DNA of 64,000 nt, taken from Euglena gracilis (taxonomy: Eukaryota). Positions 46,539-60,617 of the stretch are shown in pieces (the stretch's first letter is position 1; every line of letters starts with the position of its first letter). The notes under the pieces are model-generated. The model saw only the letters and a list, made by a program, of their open reading frames with translations. It was not told the origin of the DNA and made no database searches. Where the stretch lies: contig CP154954.1 in assembly GCA_039621445.1 (NCBI GenBank), positions 17,762,589 through 17,826,588 of the forward strand. Direction: 5' to 3'. A program made the position numbers and the translations under genes.

Positions 46539-49500
46539 TCACTCATTTTACTGCTCCTGGACGGCTGAGACGTTCCTCTTGCCGTCCTTGCCTTTGCCAT
46601 TGGATTTTCATTTTCCTTGATCTCCTTTGGCTCCACCTTTCGCCTTGCCTTTTCCTTTGCCTTCATCTTGTCTTGGTGCATTCGATGTCCACTGCTCGCG
46701 TTGATACCCACCACCCTTTCCTTTTCCTTCATTTCCTTGCCATGCACTCGATGACCACTGCTCCGCTTGGTATCCACCCGTTACTTTTCATTTTTCACTC
46801 GTCCATGGGCTCGATGAAAAATGCTTCGGGCACCCACGATCCCCCTTGGCCTTGTCTTTTGCCTTGGGGCGCGGGTACCGGCGTTGTCGGCGGGCGTTGG
46901 TTGCTGCGCTTGCCTCTCCTTCTTCGGCCGCACATTCGTCTTCTCCACCTCCTGGAAGTATGGCTCCTCGATGGTATCGTCGACCTCCACGTCCCGCTGC
47001 CACCGTGGTACCGGCAGCTTCTCCTGGATCTCCTTCTCTTCTCGCGCGCCATCTTCGCCTTCATCTCACCATGACGTTGTGGATGTCCTTCACCGGTAGG
47101 TCGCACGAGTCGGCCGTCACCGTGACGATGCTGCCGCCCTCGAGCCGCTGGCGGTCGTACACGGCCTTCACCAGGGTGCGGTGCTCGTCGCCCACTGGCA
47201 CCACCACGAAGCGGCGCCCCGCCTTCCGCACTGAGGCGGGGGCCACAGTGGTCTCTTGCTTGAACGTCTCCTTCAGCTCCTCCACCGTCGTGTCCATCGG
47301 CAGGCCCTCCAGCACGATGGACCGGTGGTCCACCCGCTTGTCCTCCTCCTGCTCCACCTTCCGGCGCCAGGGGTGGAGGGGCATTGTCTCCACGAGGAGC
47401 TTCCCCAGTTCCTCCTCCTCCATGCCCACCTGCCTCGCCATGGGCGCCATCTGCGCGTAATACTCCCTCCACGACTTCTCATTCAGCTTCCCGCTCGTCA
47501 CCAGCTGCAGCTTCCTCATTCGTCGCCGCAGGACCTCCTTTCTCCACCATTCGCAAGGTCCACCTCCGCGAACAGCACGGCACTCTCCACCTCTCCCTTG
47601 GTTTCGATCTCCTCGTCCAACATCAGCACCGTGGCCTCGTCCAAAGCCGCGCGGAACATGGCGAGGCGCTGAGCTGACGTGATGGACGGCCACGCCTGCT
47701 CCAGTTCCGGAAGTAACAGAAGCCACCGTCTCCGCCACTGCGGCCAGTCCTCCGGATGCCCGGAGAACCGGCCCGGGTGGAGGCCGATGTTGGAGTCCAC
47801 CAGAGGCGCCGGGAGGAAGTGCAGGGCCGATGGCTGGGCCTGCACCGGGGCGATGCGGACCTCTCGCACCGCGGACGCGCTGGCGACGGGGACGGCGGCC
47901 GGCGTGGTCAGGCGGGCGATGGAGAGGGACGGCACCCCGCCCCCTCCCGCCGCGGCCTGCTTCCGGAGCAGCCGGAGAGCTGGTCGGAGGGTGGACGACG
48001 GCTTGGACTTCTCCATCTGGACTGTCCTCACCCTTGGCACTGGCCGCTTCTGGGCCACCGGCCCCGGCTGCTGCTCAGCCGGGGGTGGCGGAGCCTTGGC
48101 GGGCATTGCCTGCACCGCATTGGCTTGGGAGGATACGATCTCCTTCGAGACGATCTGGACCAGCCGCTGCACGGCCATCACCACTGCTTGCGTCCGGACG
48201 TTCACCTTCTGCACTTCGGTCTCCACAACCTGGATCTTTTCACCGGGGATGTCCGCGGCGAGCCGTTGCACGGCCACGGTCAGTCCTTGAGCTTGGGCTC
48301 CCACCTTCTGGATCTCTGTCTCCACCTTCTGGATCCTTCCCACGACCAGCGGCGGCAGCTCGGCGAGTTTTGGCTCCTTGGCCGCGGCTGCCTCTACCTT
48401 GCTTGTTAGGGTGGACACCTGCGCCTCCAGGAACTTGACCTGCTCCTTCAGCCAGGCGTTCTCGGCCTGGTGAGACTGCAGCTGCTCCACCAGGCGCGGC
48501 GTCACCTCCACCACCTTGCCTTGCGCCACAGCTGTCGCCTCCACCTTGGCGGTGAAGGCGGCCATCTGCACCTCGACGGCGTTGAGCTACCCCTGCAGCT
48601 GGACGTTCTCGGCCCGCCACCGCTCCTTCTCCTGCGGCAGCTCCTGCACGGCGGCCCTGAGGTGCGCCACCTCCACCAGCTCGGTGAGTCCACTCGTCGG
48701 CACACCGCTCTTCACCGCCATTACCGCGGCCGCGGCGTTGTCTTCCGCCTCCTTCACCTTCGCCCGCATCCTTCGGAGATCTTCACCGAAGTCTCCGAGC
48801 GCGTCGTGGGTGTACTTCTCCACTCTTGTCATCCGCTCCTCCGCCGTGGCCACCATGGGAATGAGCTTGTGGAGTTGTGATATTCCTTGATGTAGTCTGA
48901 CGATGTCGTCCTTCACCTTCACCACATTCAGCATCAATTCCACGTGGGCCCCTTCTTGGGCCGCCATTCTTTTCCTCAGCTCTTGCACCGCCACTCATAC
49001 AGCCTCCCACTCGGGGGGGGCCTGCATGACCTCGTCCGGCTTCTCTTCGACGTCGTACATCTCGCTCTGGTCTCCGGCCGCCAGCCACACCTCGTCGTAA
49101 TCACGAGGACCTTCTCCCTGGCGTTGTTGATCACTTTCTCCTTCTCCCTCACCTTCGTCATCTCCTTCGTCGCCGGAGAGGCCCAGCCCCGGCACCTTGT
49201 GCGGCCGGACCGATGATGGTGGGGTGCGTAAATGCGGGTGCACGGCGGTGGTGCTCGGGTGTTCGCTGGGAGACCGGTAGGGAGGCAGAACTATCACCGG
49301 TGCGGCGATGGCTTGGCTGGACGACGACGCCATCTGCGGCGACGAGGGCCCTGCCACCGGCACAGGTGGCAGAGCAGACTGCATGGACGGATGCACGGAT
49401 GGGATCAGACCAGCCACGGGGACGGGGATCCCGTCTCGGCCCTCGGACTCGCCGGGGCCCAGCTCGTGGCCGGGGTGATAAGTGATGGCCCGCATGCCCT

Positions 49501-49792
49501 CATCAGGGCTCCTCGGTGACCCAAGGCTGGGCACGGGCACCGGCAGGCCTGCGAAGGCCCGCTCACTCTGCAGCTCCTGGACGCCCCACAGGTGGGGCAC
49601 CTCGGACAGGAACGGGAACGGGAAGGGCAGGGAAAGGATCAGCTGGGGAAAGGGTGGGGTCCCGGTGAAAACCTGAGAGGGTGTGGCCCCGGATGGTAGC
49701 CAGGGGGTCGGGTCCCAGCTCCTGGGCTTGGCTGATTTCGGGAGCAGGAGGGGGACTTGGGACGAGTCTCGAGGGTTATCGACTAGGGACAC
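46539..49792 (-). pseudogene. Gag of element D (stops and frameshifts)
   Basis: HPGRFSGHPEDWPQWRRRW, PWRRKV, YDRQRLEGG and KG-rich tail, all homologous to the B gag. Confidence 0.85.
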
Positions 49793-50134
49793 GGATTGGA
49801 GGGGGATGAGTGGGAGTCGGGGTGGTGCTGGGAGCGCGGGAAACGGGGATTGTGGGAATGGGAGTGGGGATGGGGCAAGGGATCAGGGGTTCCTTTTCGG
49901 GGTGTTTTCTTGCGCTTCCTGAGGGCTATCGGAAAGACTTGCGGTGGGGGCTACCACTTCAGCGTCCGCCGCAAGGGTTGGGATCTGTGTCCCAAGGGTC
50001 TGTGTCCCGGTTGGCTGTAGCCTTTTCGTGTGTGGAAAATTCTGGGGAGGTGTGTACACTTTGAATTTCAAAAAGAAGGCACTCGAGAAAATGGCCTTCA
50101 ATGGAAAACGTAGAACGAACAAGCCTCTGCTACC

Positions 50135-50727
50135 AGTTTTCCTCTCTCGCCGGTTCGGTGACCGTGAGCGGAATGGGCCTCCGGCAGGCCGAGTGGGGGA
50201 AAACAGTCACCCGACACTCCGGTAAAAATAGGCACACGCGCCGCAAAAATTCCTTTTTTTTTGTGTCTTTCGGTCCTTGAAGTCAGCCAAGAACCTGGGT
50301 TCCGGCAGCCAAATAATTCAAAAAATGGGGGGGGGGGTATTTTTGGCCAACTCCTTGGGGGTGTCTCTAAAGCAATAGCGGGGGGAGGAAAAGCCTGGTT
50401 TGAATTTAAAACAAGGGAGCGGGGGGGTAGCGGAAGAACACCTTCATCTTGCTTTCCAGCACTGCTTGCTCTTCCTTTTTCGAAATAGATTTGCTGCCTT
50501 TTGTTTGACCTTCCGAAGTGACTTTTTGAAATTCTCGGACAAATGTTTTCTCGAATTCAGATTAATATTTTGATTCTTCTTGATTCAGCACGCACAATTC
50601 TTTGAATGAACCATTCCGAAAAGAGAACTTGCGGGGGAAAAGTACACAGGTAAAAAAAGTAGCGGAATGGGGCAGAAATTTTGCTAATTCAGGTGCACAG
50701 GCGCCAGGCCGCCTCCCGCCTCCCACA
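50135..50727 (-). repeat. Putative 5' LTR of element D
   Basis: Begins TGTGGGAGGCGG (cf. B TGTGGGCGG) and ends at the PBS. No partner LTR in the window. Confidence 0.65.
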
Positions 50728-51035
50728 TGGCTGGCCCGTGCATAATTGGCTGGGACACAGCAATTTCTGGGCTTCCCTGACCCAAAAACTGCTGGCTGGT
50801 TGACTGAGCCGGCTCCTGCATGATGGGCTTGGCTGGCCCGTGCATGCTTGGCTGCGCTGGCGCTTGCAGGATTCGTTGTGGCTGGGCTAACTCCAGCCTA
50901 GCTGACTGAGCTAGTGCTACAGCTGGCTGGCTCTGGGCTGGCCCCCTGACTGTTGACTGGGGCTGGGCTGCCCCTCCGACGGCCGGCTGTTGCTGGGCTG
51001 GCCCTCCGTTTGCCTGGTGCTGGGCTGGCCCTTAA
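50728..51035. repeat. Degenerate GGCT(G)GGC low-complexity repeats
   Basis: Repeated GCTGGGCTGGCCC / GGCTGGCCCGTGCAT words. Confidence 0.5.
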
Positions 51036-52426
51036 TTTGGAAATGCAATTCCCAATTGAAATTTCAAACGGGCTTCAGCTCCCAAAACTCTCGTGGGTAA
51101 AAACTTGCTGACTCATTTCTGCTGGCTGTGGCTGGCACTGAGCTGGCGTTGGGCTGGGCTGTGCAATTCCAATCATGAATTGCGACTCAGCCCGCCCAAT
51201 TTCCAGACCCCCTGGGACTGAAAATTGTTGAACACCATCGTCACACCTTGCAACTTCGTCGTCTTGCTTGCTGTGATTCTGGTCCCGTCGGCTATCCTCG
51301 TTCGATTGATAATATTTCGGTCCGCTGCCAATTGAACTTCTGGACTCCACAGGGCCTCGGTCCCCTTGGCCCTCTCGCAGCACCTGAGGCATGGACGCCT
51401 GCAACAAACTGGAATTCTTTTCAAATAGGTTGGGAGGCAACAGAAAACTTTCATGGTCACCCAGATTGTTGTAATCAGCAAAAAACACCTGGGGTTCCGT
51501 CTGGAAACCCCCTTGGATCTCCCCGAATTGCAATGTCGGCGACATTACAAACCAACACCACACGGCTGCTGTCCTCAAACCAATGATGACAATCGTCACC
51601 AAAACATCTAACCCATCACCGCAACCAGTTCCATAATTGTTGGTGTCTGAAGTTTGCCTCTGCGAAACTGAGGGCAAAACAACTTACACAGACAAAATCA
51701 TTCACTGACAGTCCAACCAAAAAACTGATTGCAGCTTTCTCCCCTCTGATTACCATGTTTACGCTGGGAAACATGAATTTTGAAATTGCTGAAAAACACA
51801 AAACAGCAACCGCAGCACAAACCTCTGCGACCATGTCCATGTGAACGCGAGACATCCACCCCGAGTCCGCCCCCCCCCCCGAGGGGGATCCCGGCGGCGT
51901 AGGATCTTTATTCTCCACCTCAGTTTCAGGGGATCCAACACCAACTCGAATCCCTTCAGGATCTTCTCTGGGTTCCCTTTTGGGTAAAACCAGGGTGGGC
52001 TCAGGTCCCTGATTCCTACCCAAACCCACTGTAATGTCCAGGGGGGGAAGAACTCCAAGCCATCTGGTCTCTTTCCCAAACCCACACCAACCCTCCCGCA
52101 AGAAACACTTCCAGACTGTTTCTGGATAAATCCAAGGCCTGTGTTGGAAAAACAAAACCCAAACAAACAGGCAAAACAGCCTGACTTCGCAACCAACAAA
52201 ACAAAGTTTCACGAGTGACCGTTCAGCCAATGGACGTTACCGCAGTTTCAACGGACAATGCCTTTTTTTGATTTGCTTGACTTCTTTCAATGATGTTTCA
52301 TAGTCCAAGAATCTTAACAACTTGCATCTTTGAGAAACTTGGAAAACTTGGAAACCCACTGTGGAAAGTGGAACATGAAAACAAATGTGCAGAACGCGGG
52401 CAACTCAATGAGACTATGCGACATAC

Positions 52427-52840
52427 TGTGTACCAGGCAGCATGAACACCATGACGCTGTGCATAGCAGCAATCTGCAGAATGTACAGTGGCATGCCGGA
52501 TAGCACCATTCCAGGTTCTGCAATACAAATTGCAGAATTAGGAATGGCCTATCCTATCTCGGATCTGCCTTTCCCTTCACAGGTGGTATTTTTTCTTTCA
52601 TGATTTCATTTGCCTGATCAAAGGCATTTTCGATTTCAACACTCCGATTGGAGAACAACTGTGGAACCGAAGTTCCGAAATCACACCTGGTTTGCCTTGT
52701 GCTCTGCATAAGCCCAAAGGCAAAAAAAACTAATAGTTAAGTGAAAGACTTTTCTTTTTTGTTACTCTCCTGGTTCTGTTCCCACGGGAGGGTGTAAGTA
52801 GGCCGACAGGCAGTGGGAATAGAGTCAGGGGACGTACACT
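52427..52840 (+). repeat. 5' LTR of element C
   Basis: Direct repeat of 60618-61031. Confidence 0.93.
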
Positions 52841-53088
52841 TGGTTGCAGATTAGGTTTCCTTCCTACGTCCCTTCTTCCCCCCCTATCTCAACAGGTGAC
52901 CTCAAACAGTGAGTGGTGCTGAGCCTATAGGCTACAAAGCAACCACGAGCTGTTTGGAGCCAACTCCTAAGCACAGGTACAAGCTTCAGGAGGCTCTGTG
53001 CGGTATACGCTGCCACAACCTTCTAAGTTTGTTCCTTTGCTTACCTTTTGGGGTTTTTCTTGTGTTTGTTTCTGCAAATAAATAAAAT

Positions 53089-56000
53089 ATGCAGAGCTCA
53101 AGCACCAAGACATCAAAAGCTTTGATTGGTTCTTTGAGAAACTTTGATGAAGATTTGTTGCAGGAGTATATGCTCCAACCCAGGTGTGTCGCCCTATATG
53201 GGGCAACTCTCAGCTCTATTGAGCATCCCCCCACCACAGTGGTTTCCAGCTCTATTGAGCACCCACCCACCCCAGCTTTCAGCTCTATTGAGCATCCCCT
53301 TACCGTAATTTTCAGCTCTACCGAGCACTCCCCCACCCCGTTTTCCGGCTCTATCGAGCATTCCCCCCACAGCTCTATCGAGCAACCCCCCACCCAATGG
53401 GTGCCACACCTAACGGTGTCCAGCTCTATCGAGCATCCCCCCACAGTGGCCAGCTCTACCGAGCAATTACCTCCAACCCCCAGCTCTATAGAGCATTCCC
53501 CCACCGTTCCCAGCTCTATCGAGCATTCCAACGCCCAAAAGGTGCAATACCTGACGGTATCAAGCTCCATCGAGCATCTCCCCACTCAGGAGTTTCCACA
53601 CCTAACAGTGTTTGACTTAGGCGATAACCCCGCTGCGCAATGGGTGCAACGCCTATCGTCGTGTGGCCCTATCGAGCAAACCAGCGCCCAGTGTGATTGT
53701 CAACCTTTGCTGCAAAGTCAGGCACCTTGTGGTAACTCTCTGCACCAGGATGTCGCAACGGTGCCTACAGGCACAATTGGCAAACAACCCACTGATGTGG
53801 TTTACCGCATGCTGCCAAAGGAGGTATTTTTGCACATGCAACATAGTTTGCAGGCTTTGTCTAATCATGTGGAGCCAATTATGGCAATTTTTCCGCAATT
53901 GCAGCAAAAGTTGCATGAACCTCCCACCAAATATCCCGATTTGGGAAAGTTTATTACACTGGAGCAGTTCGACACCCTAGCTGCTGCATTCCAGGAAGCG
54001 CAACAGCGCATTTTGCAACTGAGCCGTGAATCGGCAAATTTTCACCATATACACACCCAACCTGGTGAAGGTTTCGCTTCCAGCACTTATGTGCAGCAAT
54101 TGGAGGAAAGACTTTCCCAGTTGGAGCGAAAATCATGTTGGTGTGGTGAACATTCTGCTGAAATGACAAGTTTTTACGCCAATATCGCGAATATCGCAAG
54201 CAGGCAGGATGCTTATCGCCAACGGTGGCAGAATAATATTGCTGACATCCAAACCGCAATTGGTGAGTTGCAGAACCGCAATGCGGTACCATGTGCACAT
54301 AATTTCAAATTTCAGCGATTTTCTGCAGATATGCGTGATGAAAATCACCACCTCAAGAAACATTTTTGACGGTCCGATACGGACCGAGCAAACAGTGAAC
54401 CAGCAAGTCAAAAACTTGCAGAAAGAGTTCTCAGCGCTATCCGCGCAAGTTTCGGTGTTCTTGGAACAGCCAATGGCTAAAAACGTGTGGAATTCGCAAA
54501 GTACCCCTCCTTCAAAACCATCTCCACAACTGGAGTCTATTTCCGAAGCCGTGCACACTCTAGCTGTGCGACTACGGGAATTGGAAGGTGGTTTTGGAAA
54601 AATTTCGCAAGATTTTCGGTCTTTTTCTGACAAAATCCCTCTTCTGGACGATATGTCCAAACATCGCAGGCATATTAAGCGTTTGCAGGAAGATATTCGT
54701 GCAATCACCGATCATCTGAAAATTCTCGATGATTTGGAGAAAATTTTTGGTGACTTTACAGAAAATTTGGATCAAGTGCACGCACAATTACGTTTGTTAC
54801 AACAAAAACCGATACGGGTGTTGTAGGCACACTTGCGGCAGATTCCAGCTCCAAAAGTGCTAACATCGCAACTGTGGCAGAGCCTATTGGCACATTGCCA
54901 CAAAATTACGATTCTGCTCATGCAGTGGTCCCCCTCCCCCAGCGGTACCAGTCCCAATGGACCATTTTTTGGATGATGGGGTTGGTTTTCAAGAGAAAGC
55001 CAAGCGAAACCCTCAAAGAAATCGAAAAATTTGGGAATATGAACTTTGTTGCGGTATGAGCCGCACTCCCGCACATGGTATTGATCCTGAGATGCATCAT
55101 CATCACCATTCGTGCATTCGCGATTCACCAAGTTTGCAAGGTACCTATGGTACACCAAGTGGAATATTGAACGCGCATTCGCATAATACACCCAAAAGTA
55201 CACTTGGTTCAACCACCGAGGTACCCGCGCATGGTGCGGTTTTGCGCCCAGGCCAATCCTCCTTGAATACCACCGAAGGGCCATGGGAGTCTCAGAAAGA
55301 TATCAAAGGAATCATCGCTATCGCGAAAAAGGTGAAGCCCCAACGGGACGGTGACCCAACAACATGGAAACAGTTTTTCCGTGATTGCGAATATTATTGG
55401 GATCTGAAAGCATCAACCCGGGACGAAAATCCGGAGGTGACCAAAATGTAATTGATAGATTGTCTACCAAAAGACGAAAAGGAACGCGCCAGACAATTGG
55501 TCATTCGCGGGCGCATTTCTTTTCAGGATTTGGTTGAGCAATATGCTTCATCATGTTCCAGTTTGGTTTCCAGAATAACTCTAGAGAAAAAATGGCAGCA
55601 ATATTCCTCCCATGACCGAAAATGGAGGTCGATACACCTATGGTACTCAAAATGGCTTTCTTTGGCAGCCGAAGTAGACGAGTTAGGCGAAACCCAAATG
55701 AAAGAGCAATTTGACGCAGTATTACTGCACTTTATACCCAAACTCATCAAAGAAAATCACCGCGAGGAACTCGCAGGACATGTTTTGACGCTCGATGAGC
55801 GATGGAACTATGTTTCCAAACAGTTGAAGCTATCACAGCTTCTGGGACAAATCCAGTCGGCTTATACGAGCCACCCCACAGCAGGAATACCCGCTATACA
55901 AGTCAGTTCTGTGAAAAAAGTGTCACGCTTATCACATACCGCTATAGCGGAATCCAAATTGCGCAATTCGCGCTCTTCAGAAGGATTTTCAGACAAATTG

Positions 56001-56462
56001 TGCTTTTTGTGTAACAAAAAGGGTCATATATTTTGCCATTGTCCAAATCCCGCAGCGCGAAAGCGCAACACAAGCCCAAGAGGATCGGCATCATCATGCA
56101 GTTCTCGTTTTTCACATAATGCGCATTCGCAAAAATCAAAATATCGATCACAATCCACATGTTCACTGTGCGGAATCACCAACCCCCCCTCACCCAAATG
56201 TCGCTATGCGACTCCTCCCCACCCAAGCCATAGCCATCGCGATATGACTCGCAGTTCAAAAGATCATACTTCAGCCAAAAGGCATAAGGTAGGTCAACGA
56301 ACAACCTCTATTGAGGAGTATCACCCGGCTTCGGGCAGGGAGGGGGATGATACCCCACGTAACCAAAGGGATCATCCCTGCTTAAGCGCTCATAAATTCA
56401 GAGACGTATATGCGTCAAGAAAGTCAATGGCTGATACGGCCACCGGTTCGGATTTTGAGTAA
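53089..56462 (+). pseudogene. Gag of element C (frameshifts/stops)
   Basis: DGDPTTWKQFFRD, HLWYSKWL, CFLCNKKGHIFCHC; collinear with the A gag. Confidence 0.88.
53211..53585 (+). repeat. Tandem SSIEHPPT-encoding repeats at the Gag N-terminus
   Basis: About a dozen copies of AGCTCTAT(T/C)GAGCA.CC; only 2-3 similar words occur in the A gag. Confidence 0.85.
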
Positions 56463-59400
56463 AGACACGCGAAACCCAGGAATGCGGACTACAGAGGCTA
56501 CTAGAAAGGAGGTGACAGGAGTCATGACCCTAGTCATCCCCTGCCCAGTATCCTTTCTGGTCATCGTTCCAGGATTTTCTGGTGTCCCCGCTCAAAATTC
56601 TGCCACATTGTTGACATAGAGATAGTGTTTTTGTTACCGGTTGTTGATGCACTAGGGGATACCCCATTTGTGTAACTTGTGCTTGAATGGATTTACGCTC
56701 CAAGAATGCACACAGCTCCGCAAACTTCTTTCCCCCCCCCAAAAAAAACTTCCACTACTCATCACTTTTACATACCGTTTTCGATGACAGCAATACCGTT
56801 TTCTACAACACCAACACCGTTTTCAACCCAGGGGTAAAGAGAAAGTGCCCCCCCTACCCACCGCATATCCACAAAGGTTCCACATGCGGTAGGGGTAACA
56901 AGTAGCTTAACCCCCCCAACGTTTCACTGGGTTCCAAGACGAAAGCCCTAAGGCCTGAAATTGGAATGGTGTCGAGTAGTCGCCCAGCTGCTTTCATTTT
57001 CCGTTTTCCACCAGGTTTGTCGATTGCAGACAATCCTGTAAACCCCCCGCAGCTCAAATTCGCATACAATTTTTCTTACACACTCCACCCCCCCCCAGAC
57101 CAACATGCGCGACAAGGACAACTATTCAGCACCTCCACCCAAGGTGTGCACTCTAGGAGAAATTTCCACACAACCAACAACCAAACACAAAAGGAAATAA
57201 CTGAAACCAAACTAACCACCACCCCCGCGCCTATGGCGCCCCCCAAGCGCCTATGGAACCCACTTGGAACCCACTACCCCCCCCGCGCCTTTGGCGCCTC
57301 CCTGCGCATATTGCGCAAAGTGCGTACAGCACAGACGCTGCGCCTATGGCGCCACCCACCATCGCGCATAGCGCAAATCTTGCGCATAATGCCCCCCCCG
57401 CGCTATATGGCGCCCCCAACCACCGTGCCTATGTCGCTCACACCCCCGCGCATATTACGCTCCCCACGCGCATAGCGCTCATCGCGTGCCTATTGTTTTG
57501 CACACCGCGCATAGCGCGCACCTCCCCACCCGCGCATATTGTGCAACCCGCAAACAAGATGCGCCCCCCCGCCCCCCACCTGTGCATAGCGCAAATCTCG
57601 CACAATCGCGTATATATCTTCAAAATGGGTATCTGCCCAACCCAACCATATTATTTTGGGAATAAGTCCCAAAGATGTTTGTGTACATATTTCACAATGG
57701 CATTTTTGTTGCTGATTTGCAAACCACATGCTCAAAATGCAGATTTGGTTTACTTAAGCAACAAAAGTAGCCATCCCCCCCTCTTTGACCACGAACTTGT
57801 TGGTCAACTTGGCGAACACCAAAGGTGTTTTGATCATTCAAGCGCACAGTTGCGCTGACTTCAAAGTTATTTGCAAAAACACAAGATGTGTGATAAGTTT
57901 TTGGGATACATTGCTAATACTGTATTTTTCCCATGAACTTGCACAGCTTTGTGAAGAACAGCTATTTTGTGAACAAAATGGCCTTTTTCTTATTGCAGAA
58001 GTGAATCCCGATAGGGAAAAAGTTGAATTCCTCGAGAAAATATGCAACATAGTTGCCACCCCCCCCAAAAAAAATGAAGAAATTTCATTCAAACATGCAT
58101 TTTTGTGGACTTGACCACTTAGCCTTAGGTCTATGTGACCAATACACCCTATGATGTGCAAGGCCTATGGGCCATTACCATGGGTCCATAGGACCAATTT
58201 GCACAAATTGCAAGGACCCAAAGGACCAAAGGTCCACAAATCCATGTTATAAAGTGAAAAGTCCATAGGACGTTTCACCTCAAAAAAAAATGGTTCAAAA
58301 GCTTCAAAATTTCTGGCACCTCGTACCATGAGGTTTTGACTGTACGTAGTAGTGCGTATGAGATAGAAACCAAAAGTTGTCTTTGTAGAATAAATTATTG
58401 GAGCTTATAGCAAAAACTCACTCACACTGGCAAAAGATCAAAGACGTATCTCAGCGCCTGTAGCTGGCCGATAGGCCATGTTACCCCTCATTCGAAAGCT
58501 CGTTCGATGAGCCGTCCAGCGGTGCAAACAGATCGCTGTAACTCTGCACGGTACTCTTATTTGAGAAGATCGTGAAAAATTGAATTAAGCCCGGCCAATC
58601 CGGCCAAAAGCCAAATTTTGGGCCAGATCTTGTACGATCGTGTACCAGACTGGCAAATCAGCCTGAAAAGCTTCTATACTGTTCCCCACATCGTTTCTGA
58701 TGGCTAATTACCATTGGTTACCAGATGGGCTAATGGCATTTTTTTTAGTACCTTTGGCAGGAATCTGCCCATTACCCCCTCTTTATGGGCTATTAGGCCT
58801 CGTACAGTTCAGAGGGCTATAGCCCACCGTTTGGAGCCATTTCGACTCACTAGAATCATTTTTAGGAGCACTTATGTGCAAATTTTCATTTAAATCATTG
58901 ATTTTCTGCAATTTTTGGTGATTTTTCTTTATTCTGGCACTCATATCCCTAATGGGAGTGACCATGAGTCACTATGCCAGAGTGGAATGCAAAGGAATAT
59001 GCTGATATTGCAATTTCCTTTGCTCAAGATGTCATCGACATGTTTTACTTGCATCTTCAGGCGTATTTTTGCTTTTTTGCGATATTTCTACACAATTATA
59101 CAAATGTTTGGGTGATGTGGGATCCCAAAATCTGTAAAAACAACAAACATCCAGTGTTATTGGACACTCTCAACAAGCACTATGTGCACTTGGCGAATTT
59201 GCAGTCTTAATGACTCAAAATGCAACGAAGTTGCACTTTTCGTCACAAAAATGCAGCTCTCGACGCAGAATCTGCATTTCTGCCCTAAATCGTGACAGGG
59301 ATCGCCCTAAAAATCTGACAAAAGTCAGTATTTCTCAGTGGCATAGTCACTAATGATGAGATTTTGTCATATTTGCAGTATTTTATCTACCTACCACACT

Positions 59401-60617
59401 AACGGCATTCCTGCCCCCCCCACTTTATTCAGTGGGACCCCCTTACCGATATAATTCGGAGGACCTAATGGTCATCATGTGCAACACCAATGGTGTCATT
59501 CTGCAAGGTTATAAGAACCATAGCTCAAAAATGGTGAAATCCAGCTTTTTGTGATGAATTTCACCGCACTGGAACAATGTTCCACCATTTTATGTGCATT
59601 CACAGTTCATTTGCGGTTTTTCAAAGTGGTATAAGCCACACCAACCACAGTTGTTCTGTGAATTGGCAGCAGCCTGCCACAATTCCGCATTTTTTCTGTG
59701 GTTGTACACATCAGTATGATCTTTTTGGCAATCTGCCGATTTTTTTGATTCGGGTATACACCCATTAGTATTTTTGTGCCATGCACACTCCGCAAGACAA
59801 TGTTTCTGGGCGATAAAGCCTACCCCCCCATTATTTTTGGCTAAGGCCAACCCTTCAGCCTACAGGCTGCACACCCAAGGCACAAATGCTAAATCTACAG
59901 TTTTTAGGGCTACTGCCCGCTATTCTGAGGTATACGCCTCTGGGGTACCCCATCGGCAACATCGTGTCCGTGCCGCGCTGCGAAGTCTTCCCCAGCGGTA
60001 TAGGCCGCCATTAAGAAGACGCACAGCGCACAGCGCGCACACCGTAATAATAGTTCCCAACTTGTTACTTTTCGGCCTTAAGGCCCCCATAAGACTGCCA
60101 GACAGCAAAAATTCTTTGTAAGGTCTTTAGACCAGCCCCCCACTCCTCTCCCCTTCCCCCTCCCCGGGCAAAATCGCTGTCGCCGGCAGTTGGTTTTGTA
60201 AATAGGCTTTCTTCCCTGTCAGGTATGACTGGCCAGGAGCCCCCTCCTTCCACACCCACCCGAGAATACGTTTTCCGATCATGGAATACACCACCCCAAG
60301 TGCCATAGGCACACCCAATCCTGGGAGGATGGGATTCTGGAAAGAAAACCTTCCAGCCCCACTTTCCAAGCGGGCTCTTCCACTTCCACCCGTTTACCGC
60401 AGTAAGTAGTTAGCCGCAGAAGCGGGTGAACTCTTTTGCGCGTTTTGGGTTTTTGGGTTCCCCTCTCTACCTAGCCGTTTCTGGTTTTAGACTTTGTGAT
60501 GGAGAAGCAGACACAAGACTTGCGGTTCCTGGTGTACATTCCTCAATCTCAGAGCTCTGCTTGAATCCTTGCTGGCCTGGTCCAGTAAGGAAATCGGGCA
60601 AAGCCCTGGGAGGGGGA

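Larger units (their letters stand above)
44780..50727 (-). mobile_element. 3'-truncated, degenerate Gypsy-DNMT element 'D' (divergent relative of B)
   Basis: Putative 5' LTR, the same PBS as B, a homologous gag, C5-MTase and protease (LIDTGA). The sequence ends within the protease. Confidence 0.85.

Noticed and set aside
51040-52420. ORFs 51075..51677 and 51616..52230 with hydrophobic stretches; faint similarity to 44595-44760
   Set aside because: No family motif is recognisable and the similarity is too loose to assert by eye.
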